Positions 63,876-64,000 of a DNA stretch of 64,000 bases are shown here, one piece after another. The translations under genes were made by a program, and so were the position numbers. The number at the start of each line of letters is the position of its first letter. Positions within the stretch are counted from its first letter, which is position 1. Source of the DNA: Saccostrea cucullata. Its lineage: Eukaryota. The stretch covers positions 1 to 64,000 of the forward strand of contig NW_026924258.1 of the NCBI RefSeq assembly GCF_032062105.1. Reading direction: 5' to 3'. The notes beneath the pieces were generated by a model that did no database searches, was not told the DNA's origin, and saw only the letters and a list, made by a program, of their open reading frames with translations.

Positions 63876-64000
63876 GTAAATATATACAGCATTTGTTCAA
63901 AGTGTTTTTCAGGTTAATTCAAATATCTCAACAAATACAAATAATACACACAATATATACATTATAGGAACATGAAGAAAATTTTAGGACATACGCAACG

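Overview
AT-rich, intron-rich animal DNA, most likely a bivalve such as an oyster, judging from its SINE, HINE and TTAA-MITE repeat landscape (inference). Most entries in the ORF track are spurious or cover single exons, so I rebuilt the genes by hand from splice sites and exon phases. From left to right: (1) a pseudogene of a Ly6/uPAR (LU, three-finger) + ShK protein (-); (2) a secreted LU-LU-Ig-mucin-ShK-ShK gene (-, about 439 aa); (3) a divergently transcribed type II membrane mini-collagen + Ig gene (+, 223 aa); (4) a secreted LU-LU-Ig paralog (+, 312 aa); (5) a 4-exon, 118-aa secreted prepropeptide-like gene ending KR-RGRNR-ISGFYSNW, of which the ORF track catches only one exon; (6) a giant secreted AA15-type LPMO-like protein (-, about 2667 aa) that has lost both copper-binding histidines (His1->Arg, His2->Met) and carries a huge Ser/Thr-rich tail ending in Gly/Trp repeats; (7) the 5' part of a second type II collagen gene running off the window. 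Introns and intergenic DNA hold nested TTAA MITEs, hAT and mariner elements, tRNA-SINEs, HINEs, GAA-loop palindromes and three tandem arrays built from splice-junction sequence. No database search was possible, so domain names come from motif recognition and all novelty claims are unverified.
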